A stretch of DNA of 64,000 nucleotides from an uncultured delta proteobacterium (GTDB lineage Bacteria > Desulfobacterota > Binatia > UBA9968), in contig CAWJBB010000021.1 of assembly GCA_963840855.1 (NCBI GenBank), forward strand, positions 64,001 to 128,000, in the 5' to 3' direction. Numbering within the stretch: the first letter of the stretch is position 1; every line of letters begins with the position of its first letter. The notes beneath the pieces are model-generated. The model saw only the letters and a list, made by a program, of their open reading frames with translations, was not told where the DNA came from and did not search any database. Made by a program: the position numbers and the translations under genes. Below, in pieces: positions 46,841-56,980 of this stretch.

Positions 46841-47939
46841 CTAATGTCGCCCGACGCCCGTCCGCCGCTTCTGGACACGCTCCAGCAACGCGGCAATCAA
46901 CATGTCTCCGTTTTCCACCACCATCTCCACGCGCAGCGCCATTAATTTTTCTTTGGCAAAGGGGAAACGCGCCAACTTGATGATGTCCTTTTCGGTTGTC
47001 AAAATCATCTCAGCGGTGCGTCCCACCCGGTTGATACGCTGCCAGTCCGCCAGGGTATAATCGTGATGATCGGGGAATTCCAAAATATCGACGATGTCGC
47101 CTTCGAAATCATGCAGTATGCGATAGAATCTTTCCGGATGCGCGATGCCGGCAACGGCCACGATCTTGTTTCGGGAGAGCAAACTCAACGGATATTCTTT
47201 CCACTGGTTCTCTTCATAGCCGACCAGCAAGACGGGAGAGAGCTCTCCCCTGAAGCAAGCATTTTCCTGGAAAGCCTTTATCAGAGGCTCCCATTCCTTC
47301 TCCGCGCCGGTTACCAACAAAAAATCCGCCCGCTGTGTCACCTTGCGCGGTTCGCGAAACGGTCCGGCCGGCAATAGCCAACCCGAGGCGTCGTTGCCCA
47401 ACAAGACGATATCGGCGTCCCGTTTCACGCGGCGGTGTTGGAAACCGTCGTCCAGGATAAATACATCGATGTCCCCGCGGTTGAGAAGTGCGCGGGCCCC
47501 CAGATGCCGCTTTTCACAGACCGCCACGGTCTGCCCATAGATCTTAGCCATCATGCACGGCTCGTCGCCGCCCGCCACCACCTCTGCTGTGGACGCCAGC
47601 GCAGCCGCGCCGTTGCCGTTCCCTGAAATCACGAGCGGCGCCGATCTTTTTCCGCCATAGCCCCGAGTCAGAATTCCCACTTTCAAGCCGCGTTTTTCCA
47701 GGGCGCGCGCCAGCCAAACGCAAATCGGCGTCTTTCCCGTGCCGCCCACCGTGAGATTGCCGATGCTGATCACGGGCCGGTCGAGCGCCAAGGCGTGGCG
47801 CCAGTTGAGCGAATAGAAAAGATTGCGCAAACCAACGAGCCCTGAGAACATTAAAGACAAGGGAATAAGCAAAAGCCAAAGTCGTCTTTCCCCAAAACCC
47901 TCGCCGCTCCCAAGCGCCGCGAATCCAGGAGCTATTCAT
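46841..47939 (-). CDS. lpxK: Tetraacyldisaccharide 4'-kinase; +1 frameshift near 47882 (probably artefact)
   Basis: GNLTVGGTGKTP, RGYG, GDEP, DDGFQH, TTEKD. The N-terminus MNSSWIRGAWERRGFWGKT is one base out of frame. Confidence 0.92.
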
Positions 47940-49278
47940 AAGCGGCCGTAATTCCACCGCTTGCCGCCGGTATCTCGACGCCCGCGCTGAAATCTACGTA
48001 GGACCGCAGCAAATCCAGACTCCGCTCCATGACAGCGCCATCCCTGGCCGCCACGCCGTAGGCTTTTGCGCCGGCGCTCTGGCGCTTCTCGGGATCGAGA
48101 AGAAGGCCGGCGACCGCACGCAACAAATCGCCCCCATCGCGCACCTCGATGCCCCCGCCGCTATTTTTCATTTCCTCCGCCAGCATCCTGAAATTCGCCA
48201 TAAACGGCCCGAACAGTACTGGCTTCTTGAAAAAGGCGGGCTCAAGCAAATTATGCCCCCCCACGCCGACGAGGCTGCCGCCCACAAAGGCGATGTCCGC
48301 CCGCGCGTAATATCTCCCAAGGTCGCCGAGGGTATCGATCAACATCACGTCCTGGTCGAAGCTCAAACGGGCGTCGATCTGGCTTTTTTTCTCAAAGCTC
48401 AGACCGGTACTTTGCAATAGCTTCTCAACTTCTGCGAACCGTTCGGGGTGGCGTGGCGCGACGGCCAATTGAAGATCCGGAAACTGTTTCTTCAAGGTCA
48501 TGAAAACGCCCAGGAGAATTTCTTCTTCGCCCTGGTGCGAGCTGCCGGCAACCAGCAGCGGTCGCTTCGCCGGAGCGCCGGCGCCGACCTCGCCCTGGTT
48601 GGCTTCTGCGGAGAAACCGGTTCCAGGTCTCGGGGTCGCCCGTTTCAGGTTGCCGGTGACCACCACGCGCTTTGCCTCGGCGCCCAGACGAGTTATTCGT
48701 GCCTTATCTTCATCCGACTGCATACCGAGGGCGGCAAAACAGCCGAGTACGCGGCGGAAGAAACCGCCAAACAGCAGATAACGTTTCAACGCCCGCTCCG
48801 ACAAACGGCCGCTAAGCAGCAATGTCGGGATTCCTAGCTTAAATGCTTCATGGAGCAGGTTAGGCCAAATCTCAGTTTCGATGACGATCAAGGCCGCCGG
48901 ATCGAGTTGGATCAATGCGCGGCGCGCGATCAGCGGATAGTCCAGAGGCAGGAAAAACACCGCGTCCGCGCCCGCGCAACGCCGCGCCATGGCGTTGCCC
49001 GTATCCGTGAAAGTTGAAAAGATAACTTTCCGTTTCGCCGATTTGGCCTTGAGCGCGGCGATCAGTGTTCCCGCCGAGAGAACTTCGCCCACCGATGCCG
49101 CATGGATCCAGATGGGACGCGCGCCATCCAGTTTTTGCAACTTGCTTCTCGCGTACCAGCCGAACCGCTCCGCCAAGCCGGGGCGAAAGCGCGGACGCAA
49201 CGCCAGCCACAGCGGCAAGAAAGGCAACGCGGCCGCCAACGCGACGGAAAGCAAAATATTGTATATGAGATAATACAC
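47932..49278 (-). CDS. waaA: Kdo transferase
   Basis: WIHAASVGE, ETEIWPN, GNLK, PRHPERF, GGHNLLEP. Confidence 0.95.
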   Translation of the reverse strand: MYYLIYNILLSVALAAALPFLPLWLALRPRFRPGLAERFGWYARSKLQKLDGARPIWIHAASVGEVLSAGTLIAALKAKSAKRKVIFSTFTDTGNAMARRCAGADAVFFLPLDYPLIARRALIQLDPAALIVIETEIWPNLLHEAFKLGIPTLLLSGRLSERALKRYLLFGGFFRRVLGCFAALGMQSDEDKARITRLGAEAKRVVVTGNLKRATPRPGTGFSAEANQGEVGAGAPAKRPLLVAGSSHQGEEEILLGVFMTLKKQFPDLQLAVAPRHPERFAEVEKLLQSTGLSFEKKSQIDARLSFDQDVMLIDTLGDLGRYYARADIAFVGGSLVGVGGHNLLEPAFFKKPVLFGPFMANFRMLAEEMKNSGGGIEVRDGGDLLRAVAGLLLDPEKRQSAGAKAYGVAARDGAVMERSLDLLRSYVDFSAGVEIPAASGGITAAYE

Positions 49279-49295
49279 GCCCTTTAGGGGACAAG

Positions 49296-51052
49296 TCAGT
49301 GCAGGGTTTCCTCTTCCCCTACGATCTCGGTTTCCAACTGCTGGAGCGTATAGAGCCGGCTATACTCGCGCTTTTGCGCCAACAGTTCTTCGTGGCTTCC
49401 CTCTTCGACGATTCTACCCTCCGCCAACACTACAATCCGATCAGCTTTGCGGATGGTGGATAGCCGATGGGCGATGACCAGGGTCGTCCTTGTCGTCATC
49501 AAGCTTTCCAGCGCCTCTTGGACCAAGCGCTCGCTTTCCGCGTCCAGAGCCGAGGTCGCCTCGTCAAGTATGAGTATTGGCGCATTCTTAAGCAAGGCGC
49601 GCGCGATGGCGAGCCGCTGGCGCTGCCCGCCGGAAAGCTGCATTCCCATCTCGCCGACAACGGAGTCATAACCGTGCGGCATCGCCATGATAAATTCATG
49701 GGCATGGGCGGCCTTGGCGGCAGCGATAATATCGGCCATGGCGCGCCCCGGATCGCCGTACGCGATGTTGTTGCGTACGGTGTCGTTAAACAAAAACGTA
49801 TGCTGCGTTACGATGCCGATTTTCGAGCGCAACGAGCTTGATCGTCAAGTCACGGATATCGACGGCGTCGAGAGAAATTTTTCCCGCGCTCACGTCGTAA
49901 AAACGCGGAATCAGATCGGCGAGGGTGCTCTTGCCGGCGCCGCTCATACCCACCAATGCGACCATTTCGCCGGCGCGAATTTTCAAATTCACGTGATCGA
50001 GCACCGGTAAAGCGGCGTAGCTAAAATTGACATCGTGGAACTCGATCGCCTTGGCGAAAGGCGCGGCAATTTTGGCATCGGGCTTGTCTTTGATGCTCGG
50101 TACTTCGTCGAGTATTTCAAACACCCGCTCCGCGCCGGCCAGACCATGGTGCAGCGTCGCGTAGGTCCTCGTCAGGTTCTTAAACGGCTGGTACATCAGA
50201 AACATTGCGGCCATGAAGGCGAAGAATTCTCCGGGGGTGCGATTTCCCCCGATCACGCTCCAACCGCCGTACCATACCACCGATGAGATGCCGAACGCGG
50301 CCAGCAACTCCATCATCGGTGAAATGACTCCCCGGATCCGGCTTGATCCGCAATGATTGTTTGAAGAGCCGAAAATGTTCATTGGTAAACCTCTCGATTT
50401 CGTACTCCTCCATCCCAAACGCCTTCACGATGCGGTTTCCCTGGATGCTCTCCTGCAAAAAGGTGGTCAACATCCCCGTGCTGACCAGCCCGCGGCGGGA
50501 AATTTGTTTCATCTTTCTGCTCAGACGCATGACCGGCATTACGGAGGCGGGAAACACCACGAAAGCTAGAGAAGCCAACACCCAATCCTTCAGGAAAGCC
50601 ACGACGACGAGCACGGCAAGCGAGGTCGAATCCTTCAAAAACGATGTTACTGAATCGGTCAGCGCCGAACGCAAAAGAGTCGCATCGCTAGTGACCCGGG
50701 AAATCAACGTGCCGCTAGGGTGGCGGGAAAAAAAAGATAAAGGCATGAATTGCAGATGGCGCGTGAGCTGGTTTCGGACATCCTGCACGATGCGCAAGCC
50801 GACATATTCGCTCAAGTAGCTCTGCCCGAAATTGAGCGCTCCCCGGGCCACGAAAATGCCGACAATCGCGACCGGGAGATACTTCAGCATGGTCACGTTT
50901 TTTTGCACGAATACGTCGTCCATCATCCACTGCACCAAAAACGGCATTGCCCCTTCCGTGGCGCTGTAGCCGAGCATGCAAACCATGCCGAGGGCAAAGT
51001 AAGGCCAAAGGTAGGGCTTGAGAAAAGGCAAAAGTCGCAGATAGGTTTTCAC
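49296..51052 (-). CDS. msbA: Lipid A export ABC transporter; two +1 frameshifts near 50344 and 49838 (probably artefacts)
   Basis: Three consecutive ORF pieces give the [28 protein letters not shown] and IAHRLST; between lpxB and waaA. Confidence 0.9.
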
Positions 51053-51064
51053 GACAAATTCAAC

Positions 51065-52210
51065 TCATGCCATCATGCCGATGGCCAGGTCCGCCACCCG
51101 GCCGGCGGCACCAGGGGACCCCAATTGGTTTCGTAGGTTCGACAGTTTTGCGACGATTCGGCAACGAATTTCAGGGTGGTCTAAGATGCGCCGGCTTTCT
51201 TCGACGATGCCCTCAGGCTGCAATTTCGATTGAACGAGCTCCGGCACTACGCGTTCGCCAGCGATCAGGTTCACCATGCCGATATGCTCCACTCGGACCA
51301 ACAAGCGCGCAAGCCAATAAGTGAGCCCCGAGAGCCGGTAAACGATCACCATCGGCTTGAGCAGTAACGCAGTCTCCAAGGTCGCCGTGCCCGACGCGGT
51401 CCACACCAGATCCGCTGCGTTTACGGCGTTATACCGGTCCCGGTCTACTATGGGGATATCGATGCCGGCTTTCCGGCAACCCGACTCGAGCATGCTATGG
51501 TCCACGGTGCTCGCGCGCACGCAGAGAAACTGAATGTCGCGCTCGCGGCGCAACTGTGCGGCCGCCTCGACCATCACCGGCAGGTGATACGCTACTTCGC
51601 GGCGGCGGCTACCCGGCAACAAAGCAACGACCGGCTTTCGAGCATCCAATCCTAACTTTGCCAACACAGCATTGCGCGTTTCGGTCACGCGGACCGTATC
51701 CAGCAACGGGTGCCCGACGAAAGTAACGTTGACGCCATGACTCTGGTAAAAGCGCGTTTCAAAGGGAAAGACCACGGCCATGCGGTCCACCCAGCGGGCG
51801 ATTTGTCGCACGCGCCCCTTACGCCAGGCCCAAATCTGCGGGCTGACATAATACAATACCGGGATTCCCAAGCGCTTGGCGGAGCGCGCCAAGCGCAGGT
51901 TGAAATCGGGAAAATCGATGAGCACGAGCAAATTAGGCTTCCGTTCGCGCAACGCCCGCCGCAGTAATTTGTAGGCATTCCAAAGATTCTTGATATTTCC
52001 CGCCAATTCAACCAGCCCCATGGCGGTGAGCCGGGAAACGTTCACCAGCGCATCGAATCTGAGTTTTTGCAATTGCTCGCCGCCAACGCCGAACAGCGAC
52101 AAGTCAGGATCGCGCTGGAGCAATGCTTCAGCAAGCTGCGCCCCATGGATGTCCCCGGAAGCTTCGCCGACGACGAGCATAACCTGTTTACGACGTTGAG
52201 CAACGCTCAC
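51065..52210 (-). CDS. lpxB: Lipid-A-disaccharide synthase
   Basis: GEASGD, IDFPDFN, SPQIWAWR, GHPL, LPGSR, SGTATLE. Confidence 0.96.
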   Translation of the reverse strand: MSVAQRRKQVMLVVGEASGDIHGAQLAEALLQRDPDLSLFGVGGEQLQKLRFDALVNVSRLTAMGLVELAGNIKNLWNAYKLLRRALRERKPNLLVLIDFPDFNLRLARSAKRLGIPVLYYVSPQIWAWRKGRVRQIARWVDRMAVVFPFETRFYQSHGVNVTFVGHPLLDTVRVTETRNAVLAKLGLDARKPVVALLPGSRRREVAYHLPVMVEAAAQLRRERDIQFLCVRASTVDHSMLESGCRKAGIDIPIVDRDRYNAVNAADLVWTASGTATLETALLLKPMVIVYRLSGLTYWLARLLVRVEHIGMVNLIAGERVVPELVQSKLQPEGIVEESRRILDHPEIRCRIVAKLSNLRNQLGSPGAAGRVADLAIGMMA

Positions 52211-52230
52211 GATCGACCCAGCCGCCCGCG

Positions 52231-53157
52231 CTAAATCTGCGCGCTTATCATTGAGGCGATCTCGAGAGCGCGCAGCCCCTCGGTGCCGCCCACCAGAGGC
52301 AACGTCCGGGCCTGTACGCTTTCCAGAAACGAGTCAATTTCGTCCGCGAGGGCGTCCCCTTCTTTGATTTCAATGCTTTCCCCCCGGATGTCGAGCCAGG
52401 TGGCGCCGGGCGCCGGCTTGTAATAAATCTGCGCCCGGCGTTGATCGTAGTCTATCGAGATATACGCATCGGGCTGGAAAAAGCGTACTTTGCGTTCACG
52501 TTTGAGCGAGACCCGGCTGGCGGTAATATTGGCGATACAGCCATTGGCAAATTTGATGCGCGCGTTGGCGATGTCCGGTTTGTCCGTCAGGACGGGCACT
52601 CCCACGGCTTCGACCCGTTCCACTGGCGAGCGCACTAAACTCGTGATCACATCGATATCGTGGATCATCAGATCGAGCACGACATCGACATCGGTGCCCC
52701 GCTCGACGAAAGGAGCCAGCCGGTGGCACTCGACGAACTTCGGTTCCTTGATAACGCCTTCGAGTTTGCGGATCGCGGGGTTAAACCTTTCGAGATGTCC
52801 TACCTGGAGAATCGCCTTGTGCGCCGCCGCCAATTCCACTAGCTCCCGGCCATCGGCGAGATTGGCCGTCATCGGCTTCTCGACCAGCACGTCGATGCCT
52901 TGGCACAAAAAGTCGGCGGCCACGCGGTGATGCAGCGCCGTGGGAACGGCAACGCTGACCGCTCTAACCTGCCCGAACAGCGCGTGGTAATCCACCAGCG
53001 CTTGAGTCTGGCACTTTGCCGCCACTTCGCGCGCCCGTGATTCATCGACGTCTACGACGGCGCGCAATTCCGCATTTGCCGACGCCGCATATTTCTCGGC
53101 GTGAAACCTGCCCAAGTGACCAACGCCCACCACCGCAACGGGAACAACCGCATTCAT
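52231..53157 (-). CDS. Gfo/Idh/MocA oxidoreductase, GnnA-like (UDP-GlcNAc 3-dehydrogenase candidate)
   Basis: GVGHLG, EKP, GHLERFNP, DLMIHDID; located between lpxA/lpxI and lpxB. Confidence 0.75.
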   Translation of the reverse strand: MNAVVPVAVVGVGHLGRFHAEKYAASANAELRAVVDVDESRAREVAAKCQTQALVDYHALFGQVRAVSVAVPTALHHRVAADFLCQGIDVLVEKPMTANLADGRELVELAAAHKAILQVGHLERFNPAIRKLEGVIKEPKFVECHRLAPFVERGTDVDVVLDLMIHDIDVITSLVRSPVERVEAVGVPVLTDKPDIANARIKFANGCIANITASRVSLKRERKVRFFQPDAYISIDYDQRRAQIYYKPAPGATWLDIRGESIEIKEGDALADEIDSFLESVQARTLPLVGGTEGLRALEIASMISAQI

Positions 53158-53242
53158 GAGCGATCACCGCTGACGCGCCGTCTCCGGTCATGGCCGCTTG
53201 TTTGGTATCGCATAGGCAATTTTTTCATTGGTGCTCCACGGC

Positions 53243-54049
53243 TCAGCCACTCACCGCGGCGACGACAACGCCGCAGCGCGATGCTTCCCGCAAAAGTTCG
53301 TCCCGTTCCAGAAGAATGGTTTTTCCCGCCTCCACGGCCAACACCGCGCCTCTCACCGCATGGAGATTCTTGATCGTGTCCACCCCCACTGCGGGCACAT
53401 CGAAACGAAGGTCCTGCCCGGGTTTGCTGACCTTTACCACCACGCAGCCGGAGCCGGCGATACTTCCGCCTCGTGCAATGGCCGCGTCGGTGCCTTCCAC
53501 CGCTTCCACCGCGATAACCACGCCTTCCTTTACGACGACGGTCTGGCCGATCCCCAAACGGCCGATCTCCTTGGCCACGCGAAAACCCAGGCGGATATCT
53601 TCCCACTGCGAGGCATTAGGAGCTTGCGGGGTCAAAATCCCTTCCGCGGGCACGATCTGCGGCAGACACAGGGTCGATTCCAAGACCGCGATGCCTTCCC
53701 TCGACAGCTCATCGGCGACGCCGCGCAAAAGCGCGTCATCTTCGCGGCTTTTGAGCCGCGCCAAGAAAGTTATGCCGCGCAGGTCTGGCCTAAAGTTTCC
53801 AAATAGCTTGACCTTGCCGATGCCTCCCGCCATCACGGCTTGGGTCACCCCGGCATTCTTAAAAGTTCGGATTATTTTGCCGAGCTGGCCGACCCGGATC
53901 CAGATTACGTCATCGGCCAAGCGCTCGATCTCCTCTGGAGTTTCACCGCGGTGCGCCACGGCGACGACAGTGTAGCCCTCTCGTTTGGCTTCCGCTGCGA
54001 AAAGCAATGGAAATTTGCCGTTGCCGGCGATCAAACCAAGCTTCTTCAC
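53243..54049 (-). CDS. lpxI: UDP-2,3-diacylglucosamine diphosphatase
   Basis: GLIAGNG, DDALL, IGQTVV, EAVEGTD, QDLRFDVPAVG. Confidence 0.93.
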   Translation of the reverse strand: MKKLGLIAGNGKFPLLFAAEAKREGYTVVAVAHRGETPEEIERLADDVIWIRVGQLGKIIRTFKNAGVTQAVMAGGIGKVKLFGNFRPDLRGITFLARLKSREDDALLRGVADELSREGIAVLESTLCLPQIVPAEGILTPQAPNASQWEDIRLGFRVAKEIGRLGIGQTVVVKEGVVIAVEAVEGTDAAIARGGSIAGSGCVVVKVSKPGQDLRFDVPAVGVDTIKNLHAVRGAVLAVEAGKTILLERDELLREASRCGVVVAAVSG

Positions 54050-54101
54050 AGGCGACCGTTCGACCGGCCGGGCAAAACAATTTTAACAATCGCTCTCAAG
54101 T

Positions 54102-54878
54102 CTAGCGACAAACGCCACGCTGTGAGCTTTCGATGAAGGAAACCAGCAGGTCAATCTCAGTTGAAGGAGGTATCTCAGCGCGCACTTTGTTAAGCGCTTC
54201 GGCGGTTTTCATCTTGGACTGAAAAATGATCCGGTACGCCTGCTTGAGCGTGTCCAGCTTCGCCTTGTCGAAGCCGCGCCGCCGCAACCCCTCCAGATTA
54301 AGCCCGTGTAGCCGAGCGCGGTCGCCCGTGGCATTGCAAAATGGCGGCACATCCTTGGATACCATCGAGCCCGCGCCGACGATCGCGCTGGTGCCGATCT
54401 TGACGAATTGATGGACGCCGACCAATCCACCCACGATCACATGATCCTGAATTACGACATGGCCGCCGAGTGTCGCCCCATTGGCGATCACGTTGCGGTT
54501 GCCCAAAATACAGTCGTGCGCGATGTGACAATACATCATGAGGAGATTTTCATTGCCAACGCGGGTCAACATTCCGCCCCCTTTGGTGCCCGGATTGAGC
54601 GAAACATACTCGCGTATGGTATTTCGGTCACCGATGACCAACTCGCTGGGCTCTCCTTTGTATTTTAGATCCTGCGGCACGGAACCGACGCTGGCGAATG
54701 GAAATATCGTATTGCCCTCGCCCAACGAAGTGCGGCCCTGGACCACAACATGGGATTTGAGCTTAGTGCCTTTGCCAAGCTTGACGCCGGCACCAACCAC
54801 GCAATAGGGGCCTATTTCAACATCGCCTTCGATTTCCGCCCGCGCATCGACGACGGCTGTCTGGTGAATTTCCCCCAT
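54102..54878 (-). CDS. lpxA: Acyl-ACP--UDP-N-acetylglucosamine acyltransferase
   Basis: Hexapeptide repeats, PQDLKY, HIAHDC, VHQF, GLNLEGLRRRGF. Confidence 0.96.
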   Translation of the reverse strand: MGEIHQTAVVDARAEIEGDVEIGPYCVVGAGVKLGKGTKLKSHVVVQGRTSLGEGNTIFPFASVGSVPQDLKYKGEPSELVIGDRNTIREYVSLNPGTKGGGMLTRVGNENLLMMYCHIAHDCILGNRNVIANGATLGGHVVIQDHVIVGGLVGVHQFVKIGTSAIVGAGSMVSKDVPPFCNATGDRARLHGLNLEGLRRRGFDKAKLDTLKQAYRIIFQSKMKTAEALNKVRAEIPPSTEIDLLVSFIESSQRGVCR

Positions 54879-54904
54879 GTCCCCGCTCCACCGAAACCGC
54901 CCAG

Positions 54905-55345
54905 CTACTTCTTTTCGATTTCCATGGCGGAAATCTCCGCCTGCGCCGCCACCTTGCCGTCCACCAGCGCCACTCCCTGCATCTTCCAGAAATCGCCGCG
55001 CCGTTTGACCAATTTCACCTCCATGCGCAACTGATCTCCCGGCTCTACGGTGCGTTTGAATTTGACCTTGTCGAGCCCGGTGAGCACGAAGACCTTGTTA
55101 TCCTCCATGCCGCCGCGCGCGTTGTGCACCAGAATCGCGGCGAGTTGGGCCATCGCCTCGCACACCAGCACGCCCGGCATCACAGGATGGTTGGGGAAAT
55201 GACCCTGAAAAAAATTCTCATTAAAGGAGACGTTCTTCAAACCGACGATCTTCTCGTTTCCTTGGATCTCGCTGATGCGGTCGACCAGTAGAAACGGATA
55301 GCGGTGCGGCAGGTATTTGAAGATTTCTTTAATGTCTAGCATCAT
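54905..55345 (-). CDS. fabZ: 3-hydroxyacyl-ACP dehydratase
   Basis: LPHRYPFLLVDR, FQGHFP, MPGVLVCEAMAQ. Confidence 0.97.
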   Translation of the reverse strand: MMLDIKEIFKYLPHRYPFLLVDRISEIQGNEKIVGLKNVSFNENFFQGHFPNHPVMPGVLVCEAMAQLAAILVHNARGGMEDNKVFVLTGLDKVKFKRTVEPGDQLRMEVKLVKRRGDFWKMQGVALVDGKVAAQAEISAMEIEKK

Positions 55346-55348
55346 CGC

Positions 55349-56413
55349 CTATCCCTTTTCGCTTCGGCTCAACAAGTCCGCAATTTTTCGCTCCAGACGG
55401 CGGGTGAGCGCCCACAGCTCCGGCAATTTGGGCAGCAGGATCATGACCCTGAGCCATTCCTGATGTGGCGCAGCGTGGAGGCCGCTCGAAACTTTGACGC
55501 CCCTGGGCACCGAACGGCCAACGCCCGATTGTGGCCCGATGACGGCGCCGTCGCCGATTTCGAGATGATTCACCACGCCTACCTGGCCGGCCAGCGTTAC
55601 ATTCTTGCCGATGCGCGTGCTCCCGGCGATCCCCACCTGGGCGGCGATGATGCTATTTTCACCGACCACGACGTTATGCGCGATCTGCACGAGATTATCG
55701 AGCTTGGCGCCGCGGCCGATCACCGTGCATCCAAAAGTTGCCCGGTCCACCGCGGCGTTGGCGCCTATCTCGACGTCATCCTGAACTTCAACCCCGCCCG
55801 CCTGGGGAATTTTCACCCGCTCACCGCCGCGGCCGGCGTAGCCGAAACCATCGCTGCCAATCACCGCCCCGGCGTGAATAATCACTCGGTTCCCTAACTT
55901 GCTGCCGTATCGAACCACCACGTTAGGGTGCAATTCACAGTCATCCCCGACCTCAACCCCTTCTCCTAAAAAAACCCCCGGATAAAGCACCGTGCGCGCG
56001 CCCACGCTGGCGCCTTTGCTGACGAACGCATGAGGAAAAATGGTCACCTCGGCGCCAAGCTTCGCTTGGCTATCTATGTAAGCGAGGGGACTTATGCCGG
56101 GCGCAAATCGGGGAGCCGGATTGAATACTTGATGAATCTTGGCGAATGCAAAATAGGGATCGGCGACTTCGAGAAAGTTCTTGCTTTGCGGATTGGACGT
56201 TGCGCGCGAAGCGATGCCGGGAGCGACGATCACCGCGCTGGCCCGGCAAGCATCAAGATAGGAGTAATAGCGCGGGTTGGCCAGGAAGGTAATCTCGCCC
56301 CGTCCAGCTTCCTCGATGGCCGCAACCCTGTGAATTTTTACATCTCCATCCCCAACAACCTCCCCTCCCACTTCTCGGGCCAATTCGGCGAGTGTCTTGG
56401 CTAACGGCGTCAC
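55349..56413 (-). CDS. lpxD: UDP-3-O-acyl-glucosamine N-acyltransferase
   Basis: [25 protein letters not shown], hexapeptide repeats. Confidence 0.96.
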   Translation of the reverse strand: MTPLAKTLAELAREVGGEVVGDGDVKIHRVAAIEEAGRGEITFLANPRYYSYLDACRASAVIVAPGIASRATSNPQSKNFLEVADPYFAFAKIHQVFNPAPRFAPGISPLAYIDSQAKLGAEVTIFPHAFVSKGASVGARTVLYPGVFLGEGVEVGDDCELHPNVVVRYGSKLGNRVIIHAGAVIGSDGFGYAGRGGERVKIPQAGGVEVQDDVEIGANAAVDRATFGCTVIGRGAKLDNLVQIAHNVVVGENSIIAAQVGIAGSTRIGKNVTLAGQVGVVNHLEIGDGAVIGPQSGVGRSVPRGVKVSSGLHAAPHQEWLRVMILLPKLPELWALTRRLERKIADLLSRSEKG

Positions 56414-56922
56414 TTGGTTTTTGCGCGGCTATTGAAAGTTTCAATCACCTTGGTGGTAATGTCGATGCCCTGATCGTTATATAAGATCTGGGTGCGTTCG
56501 AAGATTAGCGTGAACTTTTCCGCCTTGCCGATGTCGGTGATGATTTGCTGGAGCTCTTTCAAAATATCGCCGGTCATCTCCCCTTCCTTCTGGCGCAGGT
56601 CTTGTTGGTGGTCTCCCATGGTGCGCTGGTACAGAACGTAGCGCCTTTGCAAATCCGCCTCTAAATTGCGCCTCTCCTCGTCCTTCAGCAGCGGTCCCTT
56701 CTTGTCGAGATCGGTTTTTAGCCTTTCCAGCTCCAGTTTTTCTTTGAGTAGATCCGATTCGGCTTTTTTGACCTGGGTTTCGAAGCGCGCTTTGGCTTTT
56801 TTGCCAGCCGCGGACTCCGTGATTGCTCGTTGGAGATCGATAAATCCGATCTTTATCTTCTCCTGCGCCGAAACCAGAGCCGGCGACAAGACAAGCACGA
56901 CCAACACTAGCCAATACTTCAC
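56410..56922 (-). CDS. skp: Periplasmic chaperone Skp/OmpH
   Basis: GTG 56922 after GGAGG, signal peptide, KIGFIDLQR, coiled coil, DITTKVI. Confidence 0.9.
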   Translation of the reverse strand: MKYWLVLVVLVLSPALVSAQEKIKIGFIDLQRAITESAAGKKAKARFETQVKKAESDLLKEKLELERLKTDLDKKGPLLKDEERRNLEADLQRRYVLYQRTMGDHQQDLRQKEGEMTGDILKELQQIITDIGKAEKFTLIFERTQILYNDQGIDITTKVIETFNSRAKTK

Positions 56923-56980
56923 GTGCACCTCCGATGACTTGATTAAGGTTTGTGTACCAATTAGGGGGTAATCAGCATGA

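Noticed and set aside
49296-51052. Programmed frameshifting or true pseudogenisation of msbA, lpxK and the lol permease
   Set aside because: No slippery sites, all lesions are +1, and the rest of the lipid A pathway is intact, so sequencing error is more parsimonious.
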